This document shows, piece after piece, positions 19,660 to 29,203 of a stretch of 58,261 bases of DNA. The first letter of the stretch is position 1; each line of letters begins with the position of its first letter. The notes beneath the pieces are model-generated. The model saw only the letters and a list, made by a program, of their open reading frames with translations, had not been told where the DNA came from and made no database searches. Both the position numbers and the translations under genes were made by a program. The DNA is taken from IMG/VR virus record IMGVR_UViG_3300032304_001710, positions 1 through 58,261 of that record, one strand, 5' to 3'. The DNA is from a virus (Duplodnaviria; Caudoviricetes).

Positions 19660-20934
19660 ATGACACACAACAATCCAGTATCCAATACCCAAGAGATGCT
19701 GAACGCATACGCTAGTAACCCTTACGGTACTATTGCTAGTAACTCGCCACTCCCTCTGTATGATCCTCAGTATGGCCATAACATCCCAATGTTTAACCGT
19801 ACCACCATCCCAGTCATGCTACGTGATGGGCGGATTCGAATCGGTCTTCAAATGCTCAAAGGACCTATTCAGTACTACACAGTTTTTATGTCAGCAGAGA
19901 AAAGTAAGAGTCCTGCACTTATTGACTTACTAAAAGCCAATGGTGCTAACTTCATGTATAGAGTATCTGCTAAAAATCCTGAAGTTGAAGAATTCATTCT
20001 AAAGACTCTTAAACGGTTCTGGTCACGTGGACTTGATGAAGCATTGACTTGTATTGAATGGGGATTTTCATGCAACCAAGTTGTGTACAAACTCGACGAA
20101 GATAAACGCTTACAATATGACTACTTAAAGCTGTACTCAACAGATTCAGTACGTCCTTTGTTCTTCGAGCACAAGTTAGTCGGTTCTCACATAAAAGGAA
20201 TAGTAGGGCATCCAAATGGTAAAGACCTTCTATTCCCTAAAGTCTTATGGCATATCCATAACCGTAAGCATAATAGTACCTATGGTCAATCTCGTTTAGA
20301 ATGGTGTAGTATTCCTTGGCATGAGTCCTACGTATGCTATGGTGCTAGAGACATACGTAGAACATGGTTCATAAAAAACGCTTTTGATGGTGGCGAAATG
20401 CGTTACCCAATTGGCAAAACCAAGATTGGTACAACAGAAGTAGACAACCTTGATCTAGCTGTAAAGATGATGTCTAATCTCCGTACTGGTGGCTACAGAG
20501 TATTTCCAGATGATATCAACGCTTCATCAGGCCAACAGAAATGGGCGTACACTCCACCAGCAGCTAACATCACTCCAAATGGATTAATGGAGTACCCAAG
20601 AGAGCTACGGTACGAGATCATAGAAGCTCTTGGTATTCCACCTGAAGTAATAGAATCCCAAGGTGACAATACTATGGGTTCAGCAACAGGTCGTAAAGTA
20701 CCTATGATGCTGTATTTTAGTACATTAGCTAGTTTAGCAGATGAAGCTATCTACGATTTTGATATTCAAGTACTAAAATACCTAATACTTGTCAACTTCA
20801 AAACAACTAACTATTCTATTGAACGTGTATCTCTTGAAGATGCTGAAATAGAACCTAGTGTCAATCAAATACCAAAAGGTGGCACTACTGATCTAGTTAG
20901 TCAAACTGAAGAAGATACCGGATTGACTATCTAA
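19660..20934 (+). CDS. Portal protein (Mu gp29/DUF935-like)
   Basis: ALTCIEWGFSCNQVVY, HN...YGQSRL and EI..ALGIP patterns; 424 aa. Confidence 0.7.
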   Translation: MTHNNPVSNTQEMLNAYASNPYGTIASNSPLPLYDPQYGHNIPMFNRTTIPVMLRDGRIRIGLQMLKGPIQYYTVFMSAEKSKSPALIDLLKANGANFMYRVSAKNPEVEEFILKTLKRFWSRGLDEALTCIEWGFSCNQVVYKLDEDKRLQYDYLKLYSTDSVRPLFFEHKLVGSHIKGIVGHPNGKDLLFPKVLWHIHNRKHNSTYGQSRLEWCSIPWHESYVCYGARDIRRTWFIKNAFDGGEMRYPIGKTKIGTTEVDNLDLAVKMMSNLRTGGYRVFPDDINASSGQQKWAYTPPAANITPNGLMEYPRELRYEIIEALGIPPEVIESQGDNTMGSATGRKVPMMLYFSTLASLADEAIYDFDIQVLKYLILVNFKTTNYSIERVSLEDAEIEPSVNQIPKGGTTDLVSQTEEDTGLTI

Positions 20935-20950
20935 TAAATTCCACATTGCA
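20932..20950 (+). promoter_or_regulatory. 19-bp box
   Basis: TAATAAATTCCACATTGCA. Confidence 0.75.
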
Positions 20951-20962
20951 CAGAGGTACACC

Positions 20963-22519
20963 GTGTTCAAAGTAGCTGTAATTGATACAAGAGTGGCACA
21001 AGCAACAAAATTCATTCAAGTAAAAGATCATACGTATCTAGCTGAACATTTAGAACGTATCGGTATTACTCTTGAAGAACTGAACTTTTTTACTTGGCAA
21101 GCATTCCCAAATCGTAGCTACGGTAAGTTTTTAGTATCTGAAAAAGAATGGTCAGAAATTATCGGAGCACCTGCTACAGGTAATCGTAAGGCTAGACTTA
21201 TAATTGAAGATGCTAACAACACCAAAGAATTTTCTAACTTAGATATAGTTAGTACTTCTGTACTTATGACTCCTATTTACCCTACTGGAGTAAACGGTCA
21301 AGATGGTTCTCGTATACTAATACTAGAACTAGAACATACTGCTGATAAGTATCATAGACACAATAGGGTATTCAAACAGTACCAGAATTACTCAGACTTA
21401 GTTGACGAATTCATAGACGAACAGCCAAAACTTAGAATACCTGAAGTGTACAACCAACACGTTGTAGCAGACGTACCACTTATTGAGTACTTAGCCCATA
21501 TAGCTGCTTCTAACTTCTTCACTGTATTTCTTCCTCCAGCAAATATATTACATTTAACAGGACTAAATTTCAAACCTAAGTTGACAGATGCTAAGTTTAA
21601 TTTTCCAACTAATATGCAATTACTTTACACAAAGACTTTTAGTTTAGCTAAAGCCTTAAAGTTCAAAGTAATTATCAAAGACGACAGAGAATGCGAAGCA
21701 ATGGGAGATGCTAACCAGTTAGGCTCATGTGCAACAAAATACTATGAATCTGAACCTAAAGAAATAACTCTATCAGATAATATTTACAAATCTCCAATCA
21801 ACGCAAACACAGACATTCAAAACATTGAAGTAGTTATACCTTACGCTCTTATAAATCATATAGCTGAAGACATAACATCAGGATCAGGGGATGCTGAAGT
21901 AAACGCATTCGCTGATGACATTGAACCGAACGCAAAAACTAGACTACTCAGAAACATAGATGTTATCTACCAAGGACTAGTTCCAGGCGATATCACTAAC
22001 GATATCCAATCAATCACTTACTACTTTCAAGACAACAACCACGGTCTTAGAACAAGATTAAAATCCATTCCCTGGGAAATGCCTACTTCCCAATCGTGGA
22101 TACGTCATCCTGTTGCAACAGAAGCAATTTACAAAGCGTTCTTATTAACCGACATGGGTACTGGTGGTAATGAACTGACTAATGTAGCTACAGCCGTTAT
22201 ATTAAATATGCAAGGAAAATTAGTAGAAATAGAAAAAGAAGTATTCGATAGTACAGGTATCTTTGCAGAAGCGGTGGCTGGTATGACTATTCTTGTATCA
22301 AGAGACAGATCGAATTGTCGGTTCCACACATTACAGTCTCAGTGTATACCTGATAGTGGTCAAACACCACCAATAGGTAGATGTTGTGTAAGTTTTCAAA
22401 TTGAAAATGGTCCTGGCTTAAATCACTGTATAGATACTACTCAACAAGTTTGTCTAAAGTTGAATGGTGTCTGGACACTAGGCCAAACGTGTGCAGCTAA
22501 TCCTTGTGGAGGTCAATAA
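20963..22519 (+). CDS. Putative tail/baseplate protein with Cys-rich C-terminal motif
   Basis: GAGG RBS and GTG start; C-terminal GRCC...C....C...G.W.....C..NPC. Confidence 0.55.
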   Translation: MFKVAVIDTRVAQATKFIQVKDHTYLAEHLERIGITLEELNFFTWQAFPNRSYGKFLVSEKEWSEIIGAPATGNRKARLIIEDANNTKEFSNLDIVSTSVLMTPIYPTGVNGQDGSRILILELEHTADKYHRHNRVFKQYQNYSDLVDEFIDEQPKLRIPEVYNQHVVADVPLIEYLAHIAASNFFTVFLPPANILHLTGLNFKPKLTDAKFNFPTNMQLLYTKTFSLAKALKFKVIIKDDRECEAMGDANQLGSCATKYYESEPKEITLSDNIYKSPINANTDIQNIEVVIPYALINHIAEDITSGSGDAEVNAFADDIEPNAKTRLLRNIDVIYQGLVPGDITNDIQSITYYFQDNNHGLRTRLKSIPWEMPTSQSWIRHPVATEAIYKAFLLTDMGTGGNELTNVATAVILNMQGKLVEIEKEVFDSTGIFAEAVAGMTILVSRDRSNCRFHTLQSQCIPDSGQTPPIGRCCVSFQIENGPGLNHCIDTTQQVCLKLNGVWTLGQTCAANPCGGQ

Positions 22520-22521
22520 TT

Positions 22522-23784
22522 ATGGGTTGGTATCCTTGTGAATGTTGTGGGTCTTGTTGTACTGATCCAACACTAGGTTGCGGTTGTATATGCGTCGGTA
22601 AAAACCCATGTAGTACAACTTTAACTATTAACGGTAATCATCCAGCAGTTTTAAGGTTTCCAATTTCTTACACAAGAAACCCATTAAGCAATACAAATCA
22701 AATAGCTTTTTGTGGCCTAGAAGGTTGCTCTACTATTAATAGAGCTGCATCAATAGGTCATACATTTATTAAAGAATGGACTGAACAAGAACGATTATGG
22801 GATGGTATACAAGCTAATTGCTACTTTTGTTGTCCTGAGTTCATTGATGACTTTGGTACTGAAGTTCCTTATTTACTATCTACAATTGAAGGTAGAGGAG
22901 TTTACGTAGCTTCAAGATGCTACAAAGCAATTATACGCTACATGAATCTTGACGTATCAATTAGACAAGGTAAACAAGTCATAAATAATGAAGATGTTTG
23001 CGGTGTGTACGTAATAGCTAAACTAACTTTTAGAAGACATTTTAATTACTTAGAAAACGCATGTGAATACAAGTATGCAAAAATTGTTCCTTCTGAAGTT
23101 CCTTGTTTGGCTGTATTCCCACCACCAGACCTTACCCCAAAAGAAAGAGCTTGTTCATATTGTAGACCTGGTGGTGGTCCTTTTACTCCTGGAGCAGACT
23201 ATTCTACTCAACCATTCCCCACAGTACCTTCATGTCCTACACCTGAATGGGGTGGAGACAATCCACCAAACGATCCATCCAACCCAGTATTTGACAACAT
23301 ATACTGTTTAGGAAGATCAAAGTTTGTACCATTTATAAATAGCGTATCTTGTAAAAGTGAAACATTCACAGTAACATTAGGTCCAGAGCACAATACTTTA
23401 TCAGGAAGTAATTGTTGCGGACCACTAGGAGATAGAGCTGTTCCATCAGATGTTTACTATGATTACCAGTTACCGGATATTGATTATCCTTGTGGTTCTT
23501 TTACAAACTGTAGGGGTCAGTTCAACATGGGACCTACTTATGGTAATTGGTTAGGTCTTAATAGCACTTTTCCAGGTCTTGGTTTTGGAAATTTAGCTGG
23601 TAATCTATCAAACTGTACAAGCCCAGCAAATAGCCTTACCGATCCAGTTATACAACAATGTCAAACTTGTGAAATAACTCAACGCAATAGAGGTAAAAAC
23701 TTAGTTAGACCTATACCTAAAAATACACTACTGTTTGGAGAGGCAAACGATCAATGGTCATTGAACATCCTTTGTTCCGATTAG
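22522..23784 (+). CDS. Cysteine-rich putative tail-tip/adhesin protein
   Basis: About 31 Cys in 420 aa by hand count; starts MGWYPCECCGSCC. Confidence 0.65.
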   Translation: MGWYPCECCGSCCTDPTLGCGCICVGKNPCSTTLTINGNHPAVLRFPISYTRNPLSNTNQIAFCGLEGCSTINRAASIGHTFIKEWTEQERLWDGIQANCYFCCPEFIDDFGTEVPYLLSTIEGRGVYVASRCYKAIIRYMNLDVSIRQGKQVINNEDVCGVYVIAKLTFRRHFNYLENACEYKYAKIVPSEVPCLAVFPPPDLTPKERACSYCRPGGGPFTPGADYSTQPFPTVPSCPTPEWGGDNPPNDPSNPVFDNIYCLGRSKFVPFINSVSCKSETFTVTLGPEHNTLSGSNCCGPLGDRAVPSDVYYDYQLPDIDYPCGSFTNCRGQFNMGPTYGNWLGLNSTFPGLGFGNLAGNLSNCTSPANSLTDPVIQQCQTCEITQRNRGKNLVRPIPKNTLLFGEANDQWSLNILCSD

Positions 23785-24134
23785 TACACGTACCACCAAC
23801 TTCAGAGTACGTTCCTATTGAATTTCCAACACAGCCTTACGTAGATCATACGGCTATTCAAGGCAGAGCAGCTTGGAAAGAAAAACATACGTACTTAGGA
23901 TGCGATCCAGTTTGGCATTCATTATGGGAACTTACAATTCCAAAAACGGATTGTCTTTGTAACGAACATTATGTTAAATTCAAGAAACAAAATCCTCCTG
24001 ATTTTTCTTCTCCAGAAAATTACTTCAGGTGGGGAGTTTGGTTGCATAATGAAATTAATGAGAGACTAGGAAAGCAACAAGTAACTTTGAAAGAAGCAAT
24101 TCAATTATGGAACAGAACTGATGTTACAGCATAA
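23754..24134 (+). CDS. Erv/ALR-family FAD-linked sulfhydryl oxidase
   Basis: W...H, IP...CLCNEH and FRWGVWLHNEINERLGK match the Erv FAD-binding signature; CxC instead of CxxC. Confidence 0.8.
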   Translation: MVIEHPLFRLVHVPPTSEYVPIEFPTQPYVDHTAIQGRAAWKEKHTYLGCDPVWHSLWELTIPKTDCLCNEHYVKFKKQNPPDFSSPENYFRWGVWLHNEINERLGKQQVTLKEAIQLWNRTDVTA

Positions 24135-24456
24135 ACAAGATTTAGGATTTAGACTAGCAGAATCGTTTAAACGATTCGTAGCAATAGAAAGTCAAAACAG
24201 TCCTTGTTGTAGTATAGTGCATACCGTTAATCAATTAGGTCCAGAACTTACTATTAAGTATATGGACGCAGTACTAAACGCTATAAAAAGTACGCCCGAA
24301 TACATAGCTAATAGTAGGATGGTTTCCGATCGTCTTTTACGTTTGTTTGTCAGAAGTGCAGTTAGGAAAACCCTACTTGACATTACTGACAAACCATTTA
24401 CAATGTACCTACCTTCATTCAAAAGAGAATCGAACGATGCCACTAAACCCAGGTAA
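24121..24456 (+). CDS. Hypothetical protein
   Basis: Overlaps the Erv gene end; SPCC motif. Confidence 0.55.
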   Translation: MLQHKQDLGFRLAESFKRFVAIESQNSPCCSIVHTVNQLGPELTIKYMDAVLNAIKSTPEYIANSRMVSDRLLRLFVRSAVRKTLLDITDKPFTMYLPSFKRESNDATKPR

Positions 24457-24601
24457 ATCACGAGCGACACTTTTCAAGAACATTCGAAAAGAAATGCTCA
24501 AAGGAAAGCCTCAAAATCAAGCGATAGCAATCGCAATGAACAAAGCAGGAATGAGCAAAGGAAACTCGAAAGCCAAAGCCAAGAAAGGTAAGTCCCGATG
24601 A
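24437..24601 (+). CDS. Small basic protein (MPLxxGKS...GKPQxQAIAIA family)
   Basis: ATG at 24437 within track ORF 24347..24601; motif common in phage small proteins. Confidence 0.6.
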   Translation: MPLNPGKSRATLFKNIRKEMLKGKPQNQAIAIAMNKAGMSKGNSKAKAKKGKSR

Positions 24602-24729
24602 AAAATCGATGCTGGAAAGGGTACGAGCCTGTAAAGGGTAAGAAACCTTATAGCGATAATAGCTGTAAGAAGTCTTCAACTAAACCAAAGAGTAAGTCAA
24701 ATGCAAAACCAAAAAGCAAAAGCAAGTAA
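24598..24729 (+). CDS. Small basic protein (CWKGY motif)
   Basis: Read by hand: MKNRCWKGYEPVKGKKPYSDNSCKK...; ATGA overlap with the previous gene. Confidence 0.55.
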   Translation: MKNRCWKGYEPVKGKKPYSDNSCKKSSTKPKSKSNAKPKSKSK

Positions 24730-24783
24730 GTTTTGTGAATGCGAACATTCAAAAGTTAAACAACCAAAGAAAGTTAAATCATC

Positions 24784-25062
24784 ATGCCAAAAAAATCCGC
24801 AGCGTGGCAACGCAAAGAAGGTAAAAACTCCGAAGGGGGATTGAACGAAAAAGGTAGAAAGTCTTATGAACGAGAAAACTCAGGTTCCAATCTAAAACCC
24901 CCTGTAAAGAAGGAACAAGCCAAAAAGTCTAAAGCTTCCGCAGGCAGACGAAAAAGTTTTTGTAGTCGAATGAAAGGTATGAAATCAAAACTTACTTCTT
25001 CTAAGACTGCAAATGATCCTAATAGCAGAATCAATAAATCCCTACGTGCATGGGACTGCTAA
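24784..25062 (+). CDS. Small basic phage protein (DUF6321-like)
   Basis: GGLNEKGRKSY...RRKSFCSRM...SRINKSLRAWDC. Confidence 0.65.
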   Translation: MPKKSAAWQRKEGKNSEGGLNEKGRKSYERENSGSNLKPPVKKEQAKKSKASAGRRKSFCSRMKGMKSKLTSSKTANDPNSRINKSLRAWDC

Positions 25063-25098
25063 GCATTAACTAATCATAACTCAAACATTGAACAAACA

Positions 25099-25485
25099 AT
25101 GAGCACCGATCAACAATTTTCCGAAAACCTTAGCAACAAGTACTCCAAGTTCGTTAAGTCTAGAACTAAACCATCATCTGATGTTGTAAAAACATTTAAT
25201 GCTTCTAAAGCAGCATTAGTTCATGCAGTACTTGGAGTTTCAGGTGAAGCTGGTGAGCTTCTTGACGCTATCAAAAAAGTAGTTATTTACGATAAAGAAC
25301 TCGATATTGACAACATAGTTGAAGAACTTGGTGATATTGAGTTTTATATGGAACTGCTTCGTCAAGAACTAGGCTTAACCAGAGAGTTCATAATTCTCAA
25401 AAACATAAGTAAACTTGAGAAGAGATATCCAACTAAGTACAGTGACAAAGACGCATTGGAACGTAAAGATAAAGTAGGTGAATAG
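25099..25485 (+). CDS. MazG-like NTP pyrophosphohydrolase
   Basis: GVSGEAGELLD..KK, EELGD and NISKLEKRYP motifs. Confidence 0.85.
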   Translation: MSTDQQFSENLSNKYSKFVKSRTKPSSDVVKTFNASKAALVHAVLGVSGEAGELLDAIKKVVIYDKELDIDNIVEELGDIEFYMELLRQELGLTREFIILKNISKLEKRYPTKYSDKDALERKDKVGE

Positions 25486-25487
25486 TT

Positions 25488-26168
25488 ATGTATAAAGACG
25501 AAGCTAATTACATACTGTCACAATCTCTTGATCCAGAAATGCCTATTCTAAATCGTAAACTACCAAGACCTAAACACGGTACTGGTGGTAGAGTCACTAA
25601 TCTTACTCAAGGAGTTTGGTTTGATGCTCTTTTTGAATTGAATGAGAAAAACGCTATACTTGGCAATTATCAAAAAATAATAACTGATTCTGTCATATTA
25701 GCTAACTGGGCTAAAGAGTATGAAGGCAAAGGTATCAATCCAAAAACAGGTCTAAAGATTGGTGGTGGTCTGACTTCTGGTAAACTGTCTATTGGTATGT
25801 ACCGTAACAAGTACCGCAATGCTAGACTCTACGATACTCAGATCAAACCGTATCTCATATCTCTAAAGTACTGTTCACAAAAGTATCCTTGTAGAGAAAA
25901 GACTAAAGCAGTAATACCACTGACTTTAGACGAAATTCGAGAACTATGTATGCAATGTAAAATTGCAGATCCAAGATTCTTCACACCAAAAGAAATAGCA
26001 GACATCAAAACATACGCAGACAAAAATGGAGAGCGTAATCTTTGGGGTATTCCTGCTAAGTCTCAATGGGAAGAATTAAACAAGTCCGTTCCAGGTGGAA
26101 TATATAGACGTTACAAACTTTACAACGAAGTGTATGATCCTACTTCTTGGTCCCCTCTTACTTGGTAA
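25488..26168 (+). CDS. Hypothetical protein
   Basis: 226-aa ORF tightly packed in the operon. Confidence 0.6.
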   Translation: MYKDEANYILSQSLDPEMPILNRKLPRPKHGTGGRVTNLTQGVWFDALFELNEKNAILGNYQKIITDSVILANWAKEYEGKGINPKTGLKIGGGLTSGKLSIGMYRNKYRNARLYDTQIKPYLISLKYCSQKYPCREKTKAVIPLTLDEIRELCMQCKIADPRFFTPKEIADIKTYADKNGERNLWGIPAKSQWEELNKSVPGGIYRRYKLYNEVYDPTSWSPLTW

Positions 26169-26177
26169 TTATTAACA

Positions 26178-27230
26178 ATGCCTAAAGCGAAACGAAAACC
26201 TACATGGGATTTATATAGAGACGGAATATCCTATTCTCTTCTTTGTAAATTCAGAAATTGTAGAGAACGGTTCCGTGTCTCAACAGTAGAAGGGTTACGT
26301 CCTTCTGATCGTAAAGACGCAATGGACTTCGGTACAATATTTCATAAAGCCTTAGAGTACACAGCACAAAACAAAACAACATCGCAAGTAATTACGCAAT
26401 TACTAAAGTTTTATCAAAAGTCTTCTATGGACCCAATGCTTGTAAAGCAAGCATGTATCCTAGTACCACACTACAACAAGTACTACTCAACTGAGAAACA
26501 CAACTACGTAGCTCAAGAAGAAGTATTCGACGTTCCTTACAAGTCCACTACAACAGGTAGAATAATTCGTCTACGTGGTAGAAGAGACGAAATGTTTGAA
26601 CGTAAAAAAGCATTGTGGTTACAAGAGAACAAAACGAAGACTACTATCGACGAAAACAAAATCATAGCTACTCTTCCGTTCGATCTTCAAACCATGCTCT
26701 ATGTTTACTCAATGACACACGATTATCCCGGTCGAAAGATTGGAGGTATCCTATACAATGTTATTCGTCGTCCAGGTCAAAAACAGAAACAAAAAGAATC
26801 TGACAATGAGTTTCTACAACGTATAAATAGTGAGATAGCGGCAGATGTTGATAACTCTCTAGCTAACAACGAAATGTCACACTATTTCAAACGATACGAA
26901 ATAGAGCTAGGCCCATCGGACATTAATAACTTCTACCATCGAACATTGGTTCCAATGATCGAGAGCGTAGTAGTATGGTGGGAGTCCATTAAATCGGACC
27001 CGTTCAATCCCTGGGTGGACGAGCAGGGAAAACCAAATCCTCACCACTTCCAAACACCGTTCGGAATATACGATCCAATGACTTTAGGCGTAGGCGACTA
27101 CTTCGACTACGTAACAAGCGGGTCCAAATTAGGATTAGAGCAGATAGAAACGTGCTTCCCAGAGCTACAGGGGGAACAAGGCCAATCAAAAAGCCAAGAA
27201 AACCCTAAGAAAAAATTATCTAAAAAATAG
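26178..27230 (+). CDS. PD-(D/E)XK (RecB/Cas4-like) exonuclease
   Basis: ISYS...C, FGTIFH, GRRD...ENKT and Q..LY motifs. Confidence 0.75.
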   Translation: MPKAKRKPTWDLYRDGISYSLLCKFRNCRERFRVSTVEGLRPSDRKDAMDFGTIFHKALEYTAQNKTTSQVITQLLKFYQKSSMDPMLVKQACILVPHYNKYYSTEKHNYVAQEEVFDVPYKSTTTGRIIRLRGRRDEMFERKKALWLQENKTKTTIDENKIIATLPFDLQTMLYVYSMTHDYPGRKIGGILYNVIRRPGQKQKQKESDNEFLQRINSEIAADVDNSLANNEMSHYFKRYEIELGPSDINNFYHRTLVPMIESVVVWWESIKSDPFNPWVDEQGKPNPHHFQTPFGIYDPMTLGVGDYFDYVTSGSKLGLEQIETCFPELQGEQGQSKSQENPKKKLSKK

Positions 27231-27254
27231 TTGTAAAAAATAATCCCCTCGGTC

Positions 27255-27283
27255 TTGACATTCAAATATCGTACAACTAGAAT
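27255..27283 (+). promoter_or_regulatory. sigma70-type promoter
   Basis: TTGACA-17 nt-TAGAAT with an upstream A-tract. Confidence 0.75.
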
Positions 27284-27318
27284 GCTACTCCCTTCAACGA
27301 ACGAAAGGAAACGGAGCT

Positions 27319-28182
27319 ATGGCAAGTACGGTAAAGCGAGTCAGTCCGACCGCTAAAAAAAGTGTTACTAAATCATCGACCGAATTTAGTCTCCCTGGTC
27401 CAGAAGAATTCAACGAACCCTCAGAAGACTTTTTAGATTACTACACTCTGTTACACGGAACAGCAGGCGTAGGAAAGTCTTCTCTAATGGCTTCCATTCC
27501 TGGTTCAATTGTATTTCAATTTGAACCAGCAAGACGAAACATCAGAGTACGACAAGTAGAGTTTAAAATCTCTACAGTTCCAGAAATGGAGCAAGGACAA
27601 GAAAATCCTTGGAAGAAATTTACGACACTACTTGAAAAAGCAGAGTCAGACAAAACAATCAAGGTTATCGGAATTGACAACATCAGTGAATGCTACAAAG
27701 CTTGTGAAAACAACTGGTGCTTAGAAAATCAGATGGAGAACACACCTAAGAAAGATTATGGTGCTGCACGTGGAGAAATCAACAAAGAATTTGAAAGAGT
27801 TCTCAACAGTCTAAAGTTTAACTCAAGACTTGGAGTAATCTTCACAGCACACACAAAAGAAAGAGAAGGAGAATTGAACACAGGTACAACAGATACCATG
27901 TACAGTCCATCAGGACCAAATGCGGTATTTGAATGGTTAAAGAAAGCAATGGACTTTGCATTCTTCATCGGATATCACAACACAAAGCGAGCAGTTCATT
28001 GTAGGTGGGATACCATCTGGACTAAATGCGGCGTGCATAACAAATTCACAAATACAAAAGGTATACCGCTTAATGCTTTCTACCTTCCAGAAGACCCAAC
28101 AAAAGGCTACGAGACAGTTCTTAAAGCCTGGAACAACCAAATCAAATCGGGGATCATAATCGAACCCGATCAAGACAAGTAG
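27319..28182 (+). CDS. AAA_24/Sak4-like ATPase (recombinase)
   Basis: Walker A GTAGVGKS, IGIDN Walker B, IFTAH; between the nuclease and SSB genes. Confidence 0.75.
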   Translation: MASTVKRVSPTAKKSVTKSSTEFSLPGPEEFNEPSEDFLDYYTLLHGTAGVGKSSLMASIPGSIVFQFEPARRNIRVRQVEFKISTVPEMEQGQENPWKKFTTLLEKAESDKTIKVIGIDNISECYKACENNWCLENQMENTPKKDYGAARGEINKEFERVLNSLKFNSRLGVIFTAHTKEREGELNTGTTDTMYSPSGPNAVFEWLKKAMDFAFFIGYHNTKRAVHCRWDTIWTKCGVHNKFTNTKGIPLNAFYLPEDPTKGYETVLKAWNNQIKSGIIIEPDQDK

Positions 28183-28200
28183 TTAGTGTATTGTTACGTT

Positions 28201-28219
28201 TAATAAATTTCACATTGCA
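28201..28219 (+). promoter_or_regulatory. 19-bp box
   Basis: TAATAAATTTCACATTGCA. Confidence 0.75.
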
Positions 28220-28235
28220 GAAGGTACAGCAGATC

Positions 28236-29066
28236 ATGGCTACAAAACCAGCAACCAAGAATGACGCTCCCAAGGATACATCAGCAGACTTTTTCAAAGC
28301 AATCAAAGGCAAAGGAGCTATCCTAAAGAAAGTCGGAAAAGAAGACGCACCACAAGGGTACACAACTCCAGTAGAGATCATCGAAGCGTTTAGTCTGAAG
28401 ATTGAAGGTAAGGTTACGACAACTGCACGTTGTACAGCAGCAAGAAGCGGGATCGACAAGAACAAAAACCCTTACGTAAGTTTCAACTTCCTATGTACTG
28501 GAAGTACCGGCAAAGGTCAAACACCTTCTAAGTACATCAGCTTGGTTGAGCAAGGCAAACGAACTGAAGAACAAGCCTACAAGGACTTGTCTTTCACTCT
28601 CCAGAATCTCGGCTTCGATACTGACGATCTAAGTCCAGATACTCTCAAAGAAATATTCGAATCAATCAAGACTGACAAGCCTTTGGTATCGATCACCATT
28701 ACTCGATACGCCAAAGAAGGTATCGATGTTCGAGTAAACCGTCCATTGGAAGAAGACGAATCCGAAGACGAAGAAGAATCGGAAGATGAAGAAGATGAAT
28801 CCGAAGATGAAGACTCGGAAGAAGAGTCAGACGACGATGAAGACGAATCGGAAGATGAAGAGTCCGAAGAAGATGAAGTAGACGATAGCATGGAAGAACC
28901 AGATCAATGGGTTGGACATAAAGCTACTGTCAAAACTTCGAAGATGCCAAAGCCAGCTAAGGTAACTCTTCTATCTTACGACGACAAGAAAAAGATTTTC
29001 AAAGCTAAGACTTCTAAAGGTGAGTCTATTAACGTGAAGCTTGATGAAGTACAAGATGTACACTAA
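28236..29066 (+). CDS. Putative ssDNA-binding protein with a long acidic tract
   Basis: OB-fold-like N-terminal part, Asp/Glu repeat, follows the Sak4-like gene; ATG 28236 after box and AGGT. Confidence 0.55.
   Translation: MATKPATKNDAPKDTSADFFKAIKGKGAILKKVGKEDAPQGYTTPVEIIEAFSLKIEGKVTTTARCTAARSGIDKNKNPYVSFNFLCTGSTGKGQTPSKYISLVEQGKRTEEQAYKDLSFTLQNLGFDTDDLSPDTLKEIFESIKTDKPLVSITITRYAKEGIDVRVNRPLEEDESEDEEESEDEEDESEDEDSEEESDDDEDESEDEESEEDEVDDSMEEPDQWVGHKATVKTSKMPKPAKVTLLSYDDKKKIFKAKTSKGESINVKLDEVQDVH
28750..28885 (+). repeat. Degenerate GAA/GAC/TCN repeat encoding an E/D/S acidic tract
   Basis: gaagacgaatccgaagacgaagaagaatcggaagatgaa... Confidence 0.7.
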
Positions 29067-29116
29067 CAACTAAGCTGTATTATTCCTTATCTCCTGGTAA
29101 TTCAGCTTAGTTACGT

Positions 29117-29179
29117 ACCGGCCATGTTAAGTAAACCAAGATAGTGGAATGCTAGGTTTACTACATGGCCGGTTTTTTT
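29117..29179 (+). terminator. Long-stem intrinsic terminator
   Basis: ACCGGCCATGT...ACATGGCCGGT with inner AGTAAACC/GGTTTACT, followed by a T-run. Confidence 0.7.
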
Positions 29180-29203
29180 ATCTACCATACCCACAACCAC
29201 ACC

